64,000 nucleotides of DNA, taken from positions 12,359,754 to 12,423,753 of the forward strand of contig CM082589.2 in the NCBI GenBank assembly GCA_040954595.2, in the 5' to 3' direction. Origin of the DNA: Balanoglossus misakiensis (lineage: Eukaryota; Animalia; Hemichordata). This document shows positions 12,901-24,384 of the stretch, piece by piece. Numbering within the stretch: position 1 is the first letter of the stretch; every line of letters starts with the position of its first letter. Below the pieces are notes generated by a model that had not been told where the DNA came from, made no database searches, and was given only the letters and a program-made list of their open reading frames with translations. The position numbers were made by a program, and so were the translations under genes.

Positions 12901-15571
12901 TCTTCATGGCAATTGAATTGTGTGGTAACTTCTCATTTCTAAAATTTCCCCAAGAGAAAAGAAAGGAAAAGGAAACAGAAATTTCATTTGTATGTCCGTG
13001 CAATTTAGGATAGGCACGAACTTGTGAGGAAGTGTACGAAGCTGGATGTTTTCATCACTCAAATATACAAGAGTTGCCTCTTAAAGACTAGTGTCTGTAG
13101 AGATAATTGTGCATGTGAGGTAATCTCTCCTAAGGTGGTGCACACCTCTGAGTATTAAGTAAAAGAGACGTCCTTAATTATCCTTACTATTTGGCTTGAA
13201 AAATCAATCTTACTAGGTGTTCTGATTAGAGAGGTGTCCATAAAGACAGGTTTTACTGTATTACCCAAAATAGAGACATTGTCCCTTCATCATATACTTA
13301 ATGCGTGTTCTGGGTATGGTTCCAGTATAATGCTTGTGTCATAGGATTTTGTTGTGGTGCAGGAATCATCTTTGGTTGAGGTGTAGCCATCTGCATTTCA
13401 TGTGTTTTAAACTATTTTTTTTCTGATTGTCATTAACCCATGTGATCAGAATCCGTGTCAAAATGGAGGCTATTGTTCCAAAACACCAAATTCTTATACT
13501 GACTACACCTGTTACTGCCAGTAGTGTTGGACTGGGGCCATCTGTGCCGTATGTGTGTCGAATTACTGTTTTATGACACAGCGTGGTATATAAACCCTCA
13601 TTTTTGGTATTCTCAATGTGATAGATGGACCCATACACCAATAAATGGGGTGGAAGCATTACTAAGTTTCATCCTTTCAAAATTTGCTGATGTAGGGTCA
13701 AAATTGAGTGTGAGGTGCATGTTAAAAAGGAAAGCCTTCTGTATCATGTTGATGGCACATTTTTTTAATTTTTCAAGATTCTTACAGAAAAATCCTAGCA
13801 ATAGCATCATTATGTTAATATTTTAAATGTAAAGGTTTGAAACAAGGAATGAAGACATTGCTCACATATTTAAACGAAATGAACATCACAAGTACATGTA
13901 CAAGTTTTTGACAAGCAGGTAATTGATACTTTCATTTTTGTTTTGGCAGCCATTGATCAGTTATACCCTATGCCTTGTCAAAATGGTGGCACATGCGTTG
14001 CGTGAGACGGCTGTTTCCTGTTTGACTGTATGTGTACTGAATGCTTCACTGGTGCCACATGTACAATGCGTAAGTACTAACCAATATTATTTTATTCAAT
14101 GCAAAACACTTGTTATGTATTATATAATATAAGTACGGTACACATATTAAAGCCCTGGTAACTCAAACTTTGGGCTAGCTTAATGTTATCACTATTTTTG
14201 TTTTCGGTTGCAACTGTGGTTTCTTGTCACACTCTAAAGGATTTCACAGCATTTGGTTTTTCAAAACAGCCCTTTGGTTGTTGTCATGTATACATGTACA
14301 TGACTGTGGAGTGTAGTTTGTAGATTCTGTAATTTTGACAATATCTTGACTGCACATCCCACAGCTGTCAACCAGTGTCAACCCATCCAGTGTCAGAATG
14401 GTGGAAACGGTGTGCTGACGCCCAATTGGTGTACTGAATTCACATGCTCCTGTACAAGCTGTTACTCCGGCGATTTATGTCAGACATGTGAGTGATTTTA
14501 AATTTCAGATGAAGAGGAACATAATAACATAACACATAATCGGCTTGCAGTTGGTTTCTTCCAACCTGTATCAAACAGTGAATAACGACACAATTTTGGG
14601 GAAATTTATTAAGAATGTGTGTGCCATAAAAGGGGATTGTGTATTTGACCAAACAACAACCTGCACCGTATGGTACACTAAGACACTATTACACCTGTGT
14701 CAAAATTTCATTACGTTTCTTTTGTTGAACATGGAAGAAATTTGTCACAGTGATGTTCTGTTGACCAACTGAGATTTTTACCACTCAACCCTGACTGCAC
14801 AAATCTGTTTAAAGTATATGTAGTACATATTAACTGTACACAATTTATATCACTTTCTCTTCTGTGCACAGATTTGAATCCGTGTCAGCCCAACCCTTGT
14901 CTAAACAGTGGATTCTGCCAGCAAGTGTCCTGCACCGAGTTCAGATGCCAGAGTTCGCGCTGTTTCATCGGAACCACGTGCGCTGAACGTAAGCAAACCA
15001 GTGTCAGATTTGCCGCACAAAGTAGAAATCGCTGGGCTTTGTCATTGATATTGTCTCAATAAAGTTGCCTGTGATTGTGCAGCTAACCAAGAGACTTATA
15101 TGCACTACCGTAGCCATGATGTATACTTTCATTGACTCAAATGCTCATCAGAGTAGATGTTGCTATTTTTCCAACCGTAAATTGAAACATCAGAAAGTTA
15201 TGACATCAACTACCCCCACCCCCACCCCACCCCACCCCCAACTAGTAAATATTATAAGATGCTGTAATTATGATAAAGATGGTAGCACCAAGCTTGGATC
15301 AAGTGGTCTTCATTATCCTTCACACATGAACATGATCACACGGATGTGCAATCTTCTGACAGTCTGCTACAGATTTCACTTCCCACTCAAGTGTGTAAGA
15401 CCCTAATGTGATACTTTTCATTTCTCTCACCCTTAGCGATCAACCAGTGTCTTCTAAACCCATGTCTGAATAACGGAGTGTATCAGCCACTTCAAGGCTC
15501 CTGCTCAATCTACACCGGCAACTGTCCAACCTGCTACACTGAGCAAACATGTGTTACATGTAAGTCACAAG

Positions 15572-16450
15572 TTTTTAGGTCCCATTGGTATGTACCATGG
15601 GACCTTATGGGATTGGTTACGTCTGTATGTATGGATGGATGGATGGATGGATGTATGTCTGTATGTCCGTCCACATCGAAAACTTGAAAACCGCAGCGCG
15701 TATGACCTCGATATTTGGCGTGTAGATGCAGGCAGGGCTGTAGATGGGAGTTTGTTCAAATGAAGATGTCATTGCCAAAAATATGCAAATTAGCTGGGAA
15801 AATGTGAAATTGGTCAAAACTCAAAAACTGGACAACCACTGGTCATATTGATTTGAAAATTGGTATGCATGTACTTTATATCAACCTCATACAATCCTGT
15901 ATGTTTTGAGCTAATATTATCGATTTCCTATTTTTTTGCATTTTTTTGTATTTTTCCATGTTATTGGTAAAAAGTCTTTGAAATTTAGTATGAAGCCTCC
16001 TAATGTTGTCTAAGTAACCATAGTTTTGTTCAAATTGTTGCAAAATTTGCATATCTATAATTTTGAGCAATATTTGCCATTTTTGGTCAAAAAATGTTTT
16101 TCTTTAAAACCTCATGCCAGATTGCTTTCCAATTTGGTAGGCATGTTCGTAGGGGTAACCTAAATAATATGTTGTAAAAAAAAAGATATTTGCATAAGTG
16201 TGTTATCGGGGAAACTTTTGCAATTTTTGTCAAAAATTGTTTTCTCTGAAACCGCTTGTCCTATTGCATTGAACTTAGGCAGCATGTTCCTTGTAGTGAT
16301 TGAAGTAAGATATTGTACAATTTTGGTGATATTTGCATATTTGTGTTTTTGCCACTTTTGAACAAATATTTTCTGTGAAACTGCTTGTTGGATTGCTTTG
16401 AAATTAGTTTTTTCTCTGATTGCTTTGAAATTTAGGATATAATTTCATAA
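15572..16450 (+). mobile_element. HINE/DINE-1-like (Helentron-associated) element; 3' boundary uncertain
   Basis: T-run, then hairpin aggtcccat...atgggacct (15577-15605), then a (GTAT)/(GGAT)/(GTCC) microsatellite and degenerate internal repeats. Confidence 0.55.
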
Positions 16451-18109
16451 CACATACCTGTATATGTGCAACTTTTATTCAATTCTGAGATCAGAAAGAT
16501 TAAATATTTAGCGAGTTTTTTTGGTAAGTTTCTTAGTTTTTGGTTAGCAAATCTTCTCCTAAACAAATTGTCCAGTTGTTTTTAAAGTTACTATTTACAA
16601 GGAGTTGTTACCTCGAACAAAGACATGTTTACATAACTTAAATAGGCCAGCTGTTACAGAGACCACCAGCTATCAAATTTTAATTACCAGTGGCAGGTCA
16701 GTGTGTGTCTGTTCCAGGGCTGACTGAAAGAAGTTGCTTCGCATATGTGTTTGTTCAGACAATTTTTGGTCATTTTTTTTTATAGCACCACTTGTAAGAT
16801 TGCCATGACACATGACAGTTTATTGGGCATGTTCCTTGTTAATGTTTTTACATTCCATATTTCTATATGGTCAGATCATATCTGCTTGCAAATGTCACCT
16901 GTAATTTTTATTCTGGTGTGTCACTGTTTCCGCATAATCCTCAAATGTCATCAGATCTCCGAATGTGATGAAAACATTGTGTTTTGAGTGTTTTTTAAAT
17001 GACCTTTTGGGTTAAAAGTGGCAAAAATGGCAATTTTGTCTTGAAAGGGTTCAATAAGACTGACTTTTTTGGAATCAGCACCATTTTTTACATTGAATGG
17101 ACTAGTCTGCTCAAACTTTCCTTACCAACAATTCTGTTTAATCTTCTGTAACATGTATACTAGTATACATGTAGCTGCCTGATAGTTTGCCCTGCGTGTG
17201 TAATTGCTGAGTGACATAACGCATTCTGTGATTGGTGCAGTCACGTAACCACCAATAAGATCGCTTGTTATAAGGAGAACTGCACGACCTTTAACCGCAT
17301 TAGCATACCTGATTTTTAGGGCTCGATATTACCTCTGAGGACGCAATATTTAAGTTGAAGTTTTTTTTCTTTTATCATATTAGAGCAAGAAGACTTGTTT
17401 TTATGTAAAAGAAATAAACCTTAATATACAGAGTGCATTTTGAAACGATAGGCAGGTCCGGCCCATAGCCTAATTCTTCATTTTTCTGTCATGCGTAGGA
17501 ATTGATCAGTGCTAACAACCCGTGTCAAAATGGCAGCACTTGCCAACCCTAACCTCGTGTGGGGCATTGACGTGCACCTGCCAAGGATGCTATACTGGGA
17601 GCGCTGTGAAAATTGTCAGTCAGTTTCCTTTGTCAAATTAATCAATATGTGTGGGACTGCTATACATGTATATAAAACAGAATACTGCGATGGAAAATTC
17701 TATAACTTAATGTTTCACTGGATATATGACTTAAAGTTAGCAGGATGCAGTGAATTCAACAGAAAGTGTAATTTCCTCTTGTGTGAGCTCTGTGCGACTG
17801 TGCCAATGAAAATCTCACCACAAACAAAAATGACAGGTATACACTGTATATTAGCAGCTTTGTCTCTGTAATAGCCATAGTGTTTTGAAGTTGAAAACTT
17901 GCAAAGTGTGCAGTTTTATTCACACTACAAAGGAAACATTGTTGAAACGGATTATCTGTGTACATTGTCAAACTGTACACTTGTCGCGAGATTTATTCTC
18001 AATTATATTATATCATGCTACCGTCCGCAATTCTGATTGGACGAGAGCTAAATCCAGCGATGCTAAAATACTCAATAATGCACTGCTGGCAGTGGTAAAA
18101 CGGGCTTTC

Positions 18110-19301
18110 TGTTTGCCACATGGGTTTGTTCTTTAGGTTGTTGTATGTGTTTACACTCATCATGTTTATTGTAGAACCAGGGTCGATCAGTGAGGCAACT
18201 GCTGTTTGTTCTATCTTCACTGTTACTTGAGGCCTCCTGCCATTTGATTGTTGTACAGTGAAGCAGTATTCATCTCCCGAGCTGTCTTCCACTTTATGCA
18301 CAGCTTTGACAGTTTCATCCTTGTCTACCCTATTTGCCTTGCCTTTTGATCGGTAGCATTTGGCAAAATAGTTAGGTTTGCCACACTTCCTGCATGACTT
18401 GCCTTTAGCTGGACATACTGAGTCATGTGGATAGGTGCCACCACAATAATAACAAGTGGACGGTCCTTTCGCTGGCTGCTGATGAGCTCTCTTTTGTTTA
18501 TTTGGTTTAGGGCGTTGGTGGCGCTGTTTTCTGACCGCATTCACAGATGCCGTATCTGCACCATAATTTTGGGTTTTCTCCTCAATCCCACTAGCCTGAA
18601 CCTCTGATACCTCAAATGAACAGGCTGTACTCAGTAGATTATCTAGTGTCGTCTCCTCCCGAAGAGCACGACGTCTGAGACGGGCTGATGTGAATCCTCG
18701 TATTATTTGTGATTTGACCTCTTGATCCTTATTGGTGAAGTCACATATGTTTCTGCTAGGCGTTGCAAACAACTGTGATAGGCATCAATCGATTCGCCGT
18801 TGTTTTGTATGGTGTCTCTGAAGATAAATCGTTCGTATTCAATGTTCCGTTTGGGTGAGAAGTATGACCAAAGCTTTAATTTGGCTGTTTCACAGCTAGT
18901 TCCTGTATCTGGTAGAGTATCAAAGAAGTCGGAAACTTCCTCACCTGCCCAGTGCAATAGCAGTGCACGTTGTCGCTTGTCATCTGTAATGTTGAATGCG
19001 ACAAATGCGTTTTCTACTCTAGCCATGTACTTTTTCCATCTCGTACTGGTGGTTGTCGGGTCTGAATGAACAGGAAAACTCGGCATTGACGGCTAGCTGA
19101 TTCTCCATGTTCTCCGTCCTCGTCGCCAAATATAGAATCGTGGGTGGGCAATAATGACAACACGAGACACCAAGTCCGGCATGTAAGAGTGAGAGTGCCT
19201 AGCCTCGTTCACGCACTTTATTCATAATGACCCGAATGTTGCATTACGTCATTTTACAGAATGTATAAAGTATAGATGCTCACTAGTGTTTGGACACTAC
19301 A
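18110..19301 (-). mobile_element. Ty3/Gypsy LTR retrotransposon 5' fragment: LTR, PBS, frameshifted gag, truncated protease
   Basis: Gag-like ORFs 18703-19086 and 18008-18772 (QRALLLHWAGEE, double Cys knuckle CYYCGGTYPH..CPAKGKSCRKCGKPNYFAKC, protease-like LIDPGS). PBS TGGCGACGAGGA at ~19117-19128 on minus matches the 3' end of tRNA-Ser(GCU). Putative LTR ~19131-19301 starts TGTAGTG and contains AATAAA. Confidence 0.85.
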
Positions 19302-19486
19302 ATATACATGTGACTGCAGTGTCTTTCCAATCATGAATTTGCAAGGTGTCCTTCGGAGAAAATCTTCTGATTTTTTTTTTCTGATTTGCTTTGCATATTT
19401 AACTTAATGATCTCATTTGTTGGAATTCCCTGTCTCAAATTTTTGATGATCAGTCTCTGCCCCATTGCTCATCGTCCCAACTTTCT

Positions 19487-20620
19487 GATGATATATGGAT
19501 GATAGATGGGATCAAATCTTTGGTCGTGTATTTGCTACAAATGGTAGGTATTGGTTCGTGATTGAGTCTTTGTGTTGTATATTTGGGGTGGCAGTGGTAT
19601 GAGTTTGGATTTATGCCAATCTTTAAGATGGGTCCCTAGGATCTTTTTGCTCGTTGCTATGGGCCTTTATAGGACACTACACTCAATTTTGATCGAAACC
19701 GTTATGAACGTCCGACAAGGGGCTTGTAACTAGTTAAAAATACACACGATTGTGTGCACACCCCCTGTCCGAGTATGGTTACGGCAGCTACCGCCCGGCC
19801 ATAGGCCGCCACGCTAATACGGCAAAGCAGCGGTCAGCGATAGCGTGCGCGTCCTGTAACCACAGTAACTGGATCGAACGCTAAAAATCCAATGTTTTGT
19901 ACACAGAGATTTTGTACCATTCACGAAAATCCCTAAGGCTTTTTTCATAGGCGACGTAGGCCAGCCAAATTTGACCTGCTTGTTGAGAACGCACTTCCGC
20001 ATTGTGTGACGGATCGTTTTTTCGGTTTTCGTCGTGCTAAGAAGCGATACCGGTGGAAGAGTGCGTCCAAAAACACCCAAAATCGATGACTTTTTCAGGT
20101 GTGGTACGGGTATGCTGAAATCGTAGGATACAACGATAATATTCGAAAACAAAATCCGTCACGATCTTCCCTGGTTCAAGCAACTAATGAATACGTATCA
20201 AGTTCGTTTTTGAGGTCACGGAATAAAAAGCCTTAGGCTTTTGAAATTTGACCTAGCTAATTTGCATATCAATGGCGTCAGGGGGCGCGCGCTCACAATC
20301 GTGCAGATTTTCAACTAGTTACCAGCCCCTTGTTAGACTCTGAAAACGGCTTAGTCCAAATTGGGGTGTAATGTCCTATAAAGGCCCATAGCAACGGGCA
20401 AAAAGATCCTAGGGACCCATCTTAAGTTAAGTGTTACTTGGGTTGCCGTTGAGCATTGATGGCTTGATAAGTGGGGCTAGGGTCAATTTTGATTGGGTTT
20501 GGATTGTTTGGGCTATGATAGGTTGGGTTATGGCTAGGATTTGTGGTGGGTATAAGGTGTGGTGTAAGAGATGGAGGCATTATGGGGTCTGGTGAGGTTT
20601 TTGTGAAGGAGGCCATGGTG
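19487..20620 (-). repeat. Ectopic fragment of subtelomeric repeat B, interrupted by a MITE
   Basis: 19487-19626 plus 20422-20620 is the reverse complement of ~43860-44195 / ~45030-45365 (e.g. gatgggatcaaatctttggtcgtgtatttgctacaaatggtagg). Confidence 0.9.
19627..20421. mobile_element. TTAA-type (Kolobok-like) non-autonomous element with ~60 bp TIRs
   Basis: TTAA-GATGGGTCCCTAGGATCTTTTTGC...GCAAAAAGATCCTAGGGACCCATC-TTAA; a single TTAA at the equivalent site in repeat B (~45229). Confidence 0.9.
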
Positions 20621-22638
20621 GCTGCAGAATTCAGGGCATGCTGTAGCGGTTGAATGCATGATGATGGTAAACCACAGAGTATTGCATTGCAGTAGTCCAG
20701 TTTTGATGTGATTAGAGCATGAACCAGCATCTGGCAAACTTCCTTAGTGAGGTAACGGCGAATGTGGCTGATTTGACGCAGATGGAAGAAAATTGACTTG
20801 CAAATTGCATTAATGTGCTTATTGAAAGTGTAATTGTCGTCGAATGTCACACCTATATTCCGTGCAGAATTCACAATTTGAACACAACATGATCCAATGC
20901 TCATGTGGTTTATGGGACGAGGCGAGCGGTTGAACTGAGACCTTATCAGGAGTACCTCGGGTTTGCCACCATTTAGTTGAAGTTTATTATGTGTCATCCA
21001 GGTTTTTATTTCGTGAACTGCCCTTTCCATCTTGTCTAATGTACTTATGGTGTCTAACTGGAAGAAATATTGGTATAGTTGGTTGTCATCGGCATATTGG
21101 TGAAAATTGATGTTGTGGTGACAAATAAGTTGAGCAAGTGGTTGGATGTAGCTGCAGAACAAAAGTGGGCCAAGCACTGAACCGTGTGGTACTCCATATT
21201 GTAGATATTGAGGTTCTGACATTGTGCCATACAAACTGCTGTCTGTTCTTAAGATATGATGAGAACCATTGTAGTGGGATGTTGGTGATGCCCAGTTTTG
21301 ATAATCTTGAGATGATTGTGTCGTGATCTATGGTATCAAACACAGAGGAGAGATCGAGGAGAACCATGAGTACACATTTACCGGCATCCAGTGCCATAGA
21401 AATATCGTTGTTGACTTTAGTAAGTGCTGTTTCGGTACTGTGATCCTTTCGGTACGCTGACTGCAGTGGTTCTTGTAGTGAGTTGGTAGTCAAATATGAT
21501 GTCAGTTGTTGTGCTACAATCTTCCCGATTACTTTTGACAGGAAGGTTAGGTTTGAAACTGGTCTATAGTTCTTGAAAATGTTTTTGTCGAGCGAAGGTT
21601 TCTTGAGTATATTGGTGTGATGACTGCTATTTTAAGTTATTCAGGAACAGTTCCAGTTTTGAGTGACAAATTGATAATTGTGGCTATGACAGTGAGCAGA
21701 TTACCAAGACATTGCTTATCAAGTGCTGTAGGGATGAGATCAAGTATACGTGTTTTAGATGGAGACTGACGTGTTGGTTATAAGCTGATATGGCTGAGGA
21801 GAGGTCATTTGGAGGCTAGGACATTTGATGTATTTTGTCGAGATCATGGCTGAAACTATCAATTGAAATGGCAGGTACGACGATAAGATATTTGACGTCT
21901 ACTGTGTGTTGGTTTCGGAAGAGCAAGTTTTGCATTTACAGGATTGTGATCAGAGAGTTCCAAGCAGTCTACAGAGACACTCTTGATGTTAGACGCAGAG
22001 TTAGATAAGATGAGATCAAGAGTATGACCCTTTCTGTGTGTTGGTTGTTGGACCCATTGTTTCAGATTACAGGCGCTGATGATTCCATTGAATTTCTGTG
22101 TTACTGGATTCTTATCATCTTCTAGGTGAATATTGAAATCTCCTATGATGAAGAGATTACTTGAGCAGGTGACATACTTCTCAAGTGTTGTACTGAACTC
22201 TTCCATGAACTGTGGTGCGGTGAATTTATTATTAACTGATGGTGGTGGACGGTAGACAAGAATTATTTTCATGGAAAGTTTCTGGTGAAGAATAGTTGCT
22301 TCCGCTGCCTCAAAAGATTTAACAGAGAGAATAGGCTTCCAAGCTGTTTATTTTAGTGCTAGCTTATGAATTTAAGCTAAGCCTCCACCGATCTTGCAAA
22401 CCCCAGGTAGATGTTTGACAGCATAGCCTGGTGGTGTACATTCAGCCATTACGTGTTCGTCACCAGATTCCTTCAACCATGTTTCAGTGAGTACAAGAAT
22501 ATCAATCTCTTTATCTGTGATGTAGTCTGCAATGTCTAATGATTTGCATCTAGCTGAGCGGACATTCCATGTAGAGAGTAGAAGTTCACACGTATTGTGG
22601 AAAGGGTGGATCTTGAATACTGCATAGTCACTCTTCAA
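20619..22638 (-). mobile_element. L2/CR1-group LINE ORF2 remnant (APE endonuclease plus RT), frameshifted, 3' end missing
   Basis: STWNVRS, VLTETWL, IGDFNIH, GHTLDLIL, SDH (APE); [46 protein letters not shown] (RT). Confidence 0.93.
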
Positions 22639-23878
22639 TAGATATTTAGTGACTCGCTAACTGTTGCGATTCGTGTGTGTGTAATTTACGTACTTCAAGT
22701 TAAATATCGCAACTAGCCGTAATGTTTGACTAGGGGGAGCACCTATACTAATGCTAGTACCAGGGATTGAAAGTTGCACCTGTATTTTGATCCCTTAGTT
22801 ACCCTTATAAGTACATTTGTAGTTTAATAACCATAGTTCTATTGCAAACCATTCTTTCCGTAGTTTCTTGTTTCAAATATTGTAATCTGAATTTATTTTG
22901 ATGTTTAACAGGTGTGATTATCTGTATTTGCGGCCATTTTGAAAAACAATTGGTTGCCATGGAAACTCTTCAACAGATATTTAGTGACTCGCTATCTGAA
23001 TTTGTTCAGTACACATTAACACACATCTGAGCCAAGTTTGGTGCTTATATCACAAAATACACAATCGATATGAAAATTTGGGTTTTGGTGCTCCACTACC
23101 TAAGTAACATTAAGGATGTACGTTCAATAAAATGGAAAGTATTGTCATTTTTTTTAATTGTGGATTTTTTTATTCTCTTTTGTATGTATAATGAAAATCC
23201 GTAATAAAATATAGGGGTCACCGCGCTTGTTTTTGAAATACAGAGCCATGAAATTGGTCGATAATAGAAGAAATCTGCTGACTCAGCATTTTTCACCAAT
23301 GGTTTGTTTGTCTATGGCCAAAATTCTTAATGCAATTTATCTCAAAAAAGAGCGCGGTGACCCCTATATTTTATTTGACCAATGAATTTATATTTGCTGG
23401 ACTGAGCTATGTGTAAAATTTCGAGAAAATGACAATAGTAGAAGTTTGTTTTCTGGCGATTATCAATGTAATCCTATGGGAAAAAGACCGGACACGCAGT
23501 GTTTCCGGTTTATGTTCTGCACGTACATCCTTGATGAAGTTTGCTGGCTAGAGGGCTCCTAAACCTCCTTAATATTTGACGTCTTCACTCCTACAGGACT
23601 GCGCAGCTGGAAGTTAAAGTTCAGCATGTTCTGAAGCATGCACGCTGTGTCCAGGGGTTTCATGTGTGGAACAGCCAGCCTCTCATCACCAACACAATGC
23701 GGACTGGGATATTTTGCCAACAATGGAAGTATAGACTGTACGCCTTGTCCTGCCCCGGGTATAAGTGCCAATATGATGGTATGTCAGAGCCAGAGGTGTG
23801 TGAAGATGGATACTACACTAATATAGATGGTGAGTCAGCACTTAAAGTTTGGGCATTACTGTGTAATCTTTCACTTAA

Positions 23879-24384
23879 AGGCACGTAAGCTGTAACTTTT
23901 GGGATAATTTTCATAATTTTTGTTTAAAACTGCACTACCATTAGTCCATGCAGATGAAGGCAGTGAACTATACACAAGCATTATAAACCCTAAATATGAG
24001 TGCATATGCAAGTTTTAACCAGATAAATAATAAAGCTTTGCCGCAAGCGATTATGGCCGCCACCGTGGGAAAATGCAAGAAACAATGAAAATGTTGCATT
24101 TCCGGTTGTGAAACATCATAAACAAAACATGATCTCATCCACTTGAGCTCATGGAAGTAAATGTACACCACTGAGACATCAGATTTCCATTTTTCATTGC
24201 AATATTCCACTTTTTTTAAAATTGCAGGAATTTTCGTTTTTTCTTTAATTTTTGGCCATTGTGTCATAAATAAGTGTTGAGCTTGATATATTGTCATGAA
24301 ATATCATTTAATAGACATAATTAAAAGCATATATGAGATTATTTAAAACTTTAATTTTTTTATCCAGTTGCAGCTTACGTGCCT
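23879..24384. mobile_element. TTAA-type (Kolobok-like) MITE, copy-2 specific
   Basis: TTAA-AGGCACGTAAGCTGTAACT...AGTTGCAGCTTACGTGCCT-TTAA; absent at ~5614-5624. Confidence 0.9.

Larger units (their letters stand above)
5339..17614 (+). pseudogene. Unprocessed pseudogene, copy 1: extracellular Cys-rich protein (GCC2/GCC3-like repeats followed by tandem EGF-like repeats)
   Basis: AG/GT-bounded exons at 5339-5571, 6041-6171, 6315-6448, 6832-7029, 7255-7351 encode CxxCPAGxxC / CxxGYY motifs. EGF exons at 8928-9057, 9283-9405, 10183-10305, 10860-~10976, 11790-11912, 12225-12341, 12733-12855, 13430-13552, 13950-14069, 14365-14487, 14872-14988, 15437-15559, 17499-17614 (e.g. GLNQCPPNPCQNGGFCQPARNSCFDLTCICTGCYKGDRCEI). 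In-frame stops (e.g. TAA 6906-6908), frameshifts and lost splice sites; no start or terminal exon seen. Confidence 0.88.

Noticed and set aside
13997-14006. In-frame TGA as selenocysteine or readthrough
   Set aside because: TAA and TAG stops and frameshifts also occur; a simple point mutation (e.g. CGA>TGA) in a pseudogene is sufficient.
8928-17614. EGF exons as a Dscam-like mutually exclusive exon cassette or a functional Notch/fibropellin gene
   Set aside because: Many exons, including the upstream ones, carry stops, frameshifts or lost Cys; no Notch-specific or CUB domains are seen; symmetric phase-1 exons are normal for EGF arrays.
20434-21234. 266 aa ORF as a novel RT fusion protein or telomere-specific retrotransposon
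   Set aside because: Chance read-through from a frameshifted LINE into repeat B at a rearrangement junction; the normal 3' end of the same LINE is at 3145-3600, and no LINE is inserted in the telomere.
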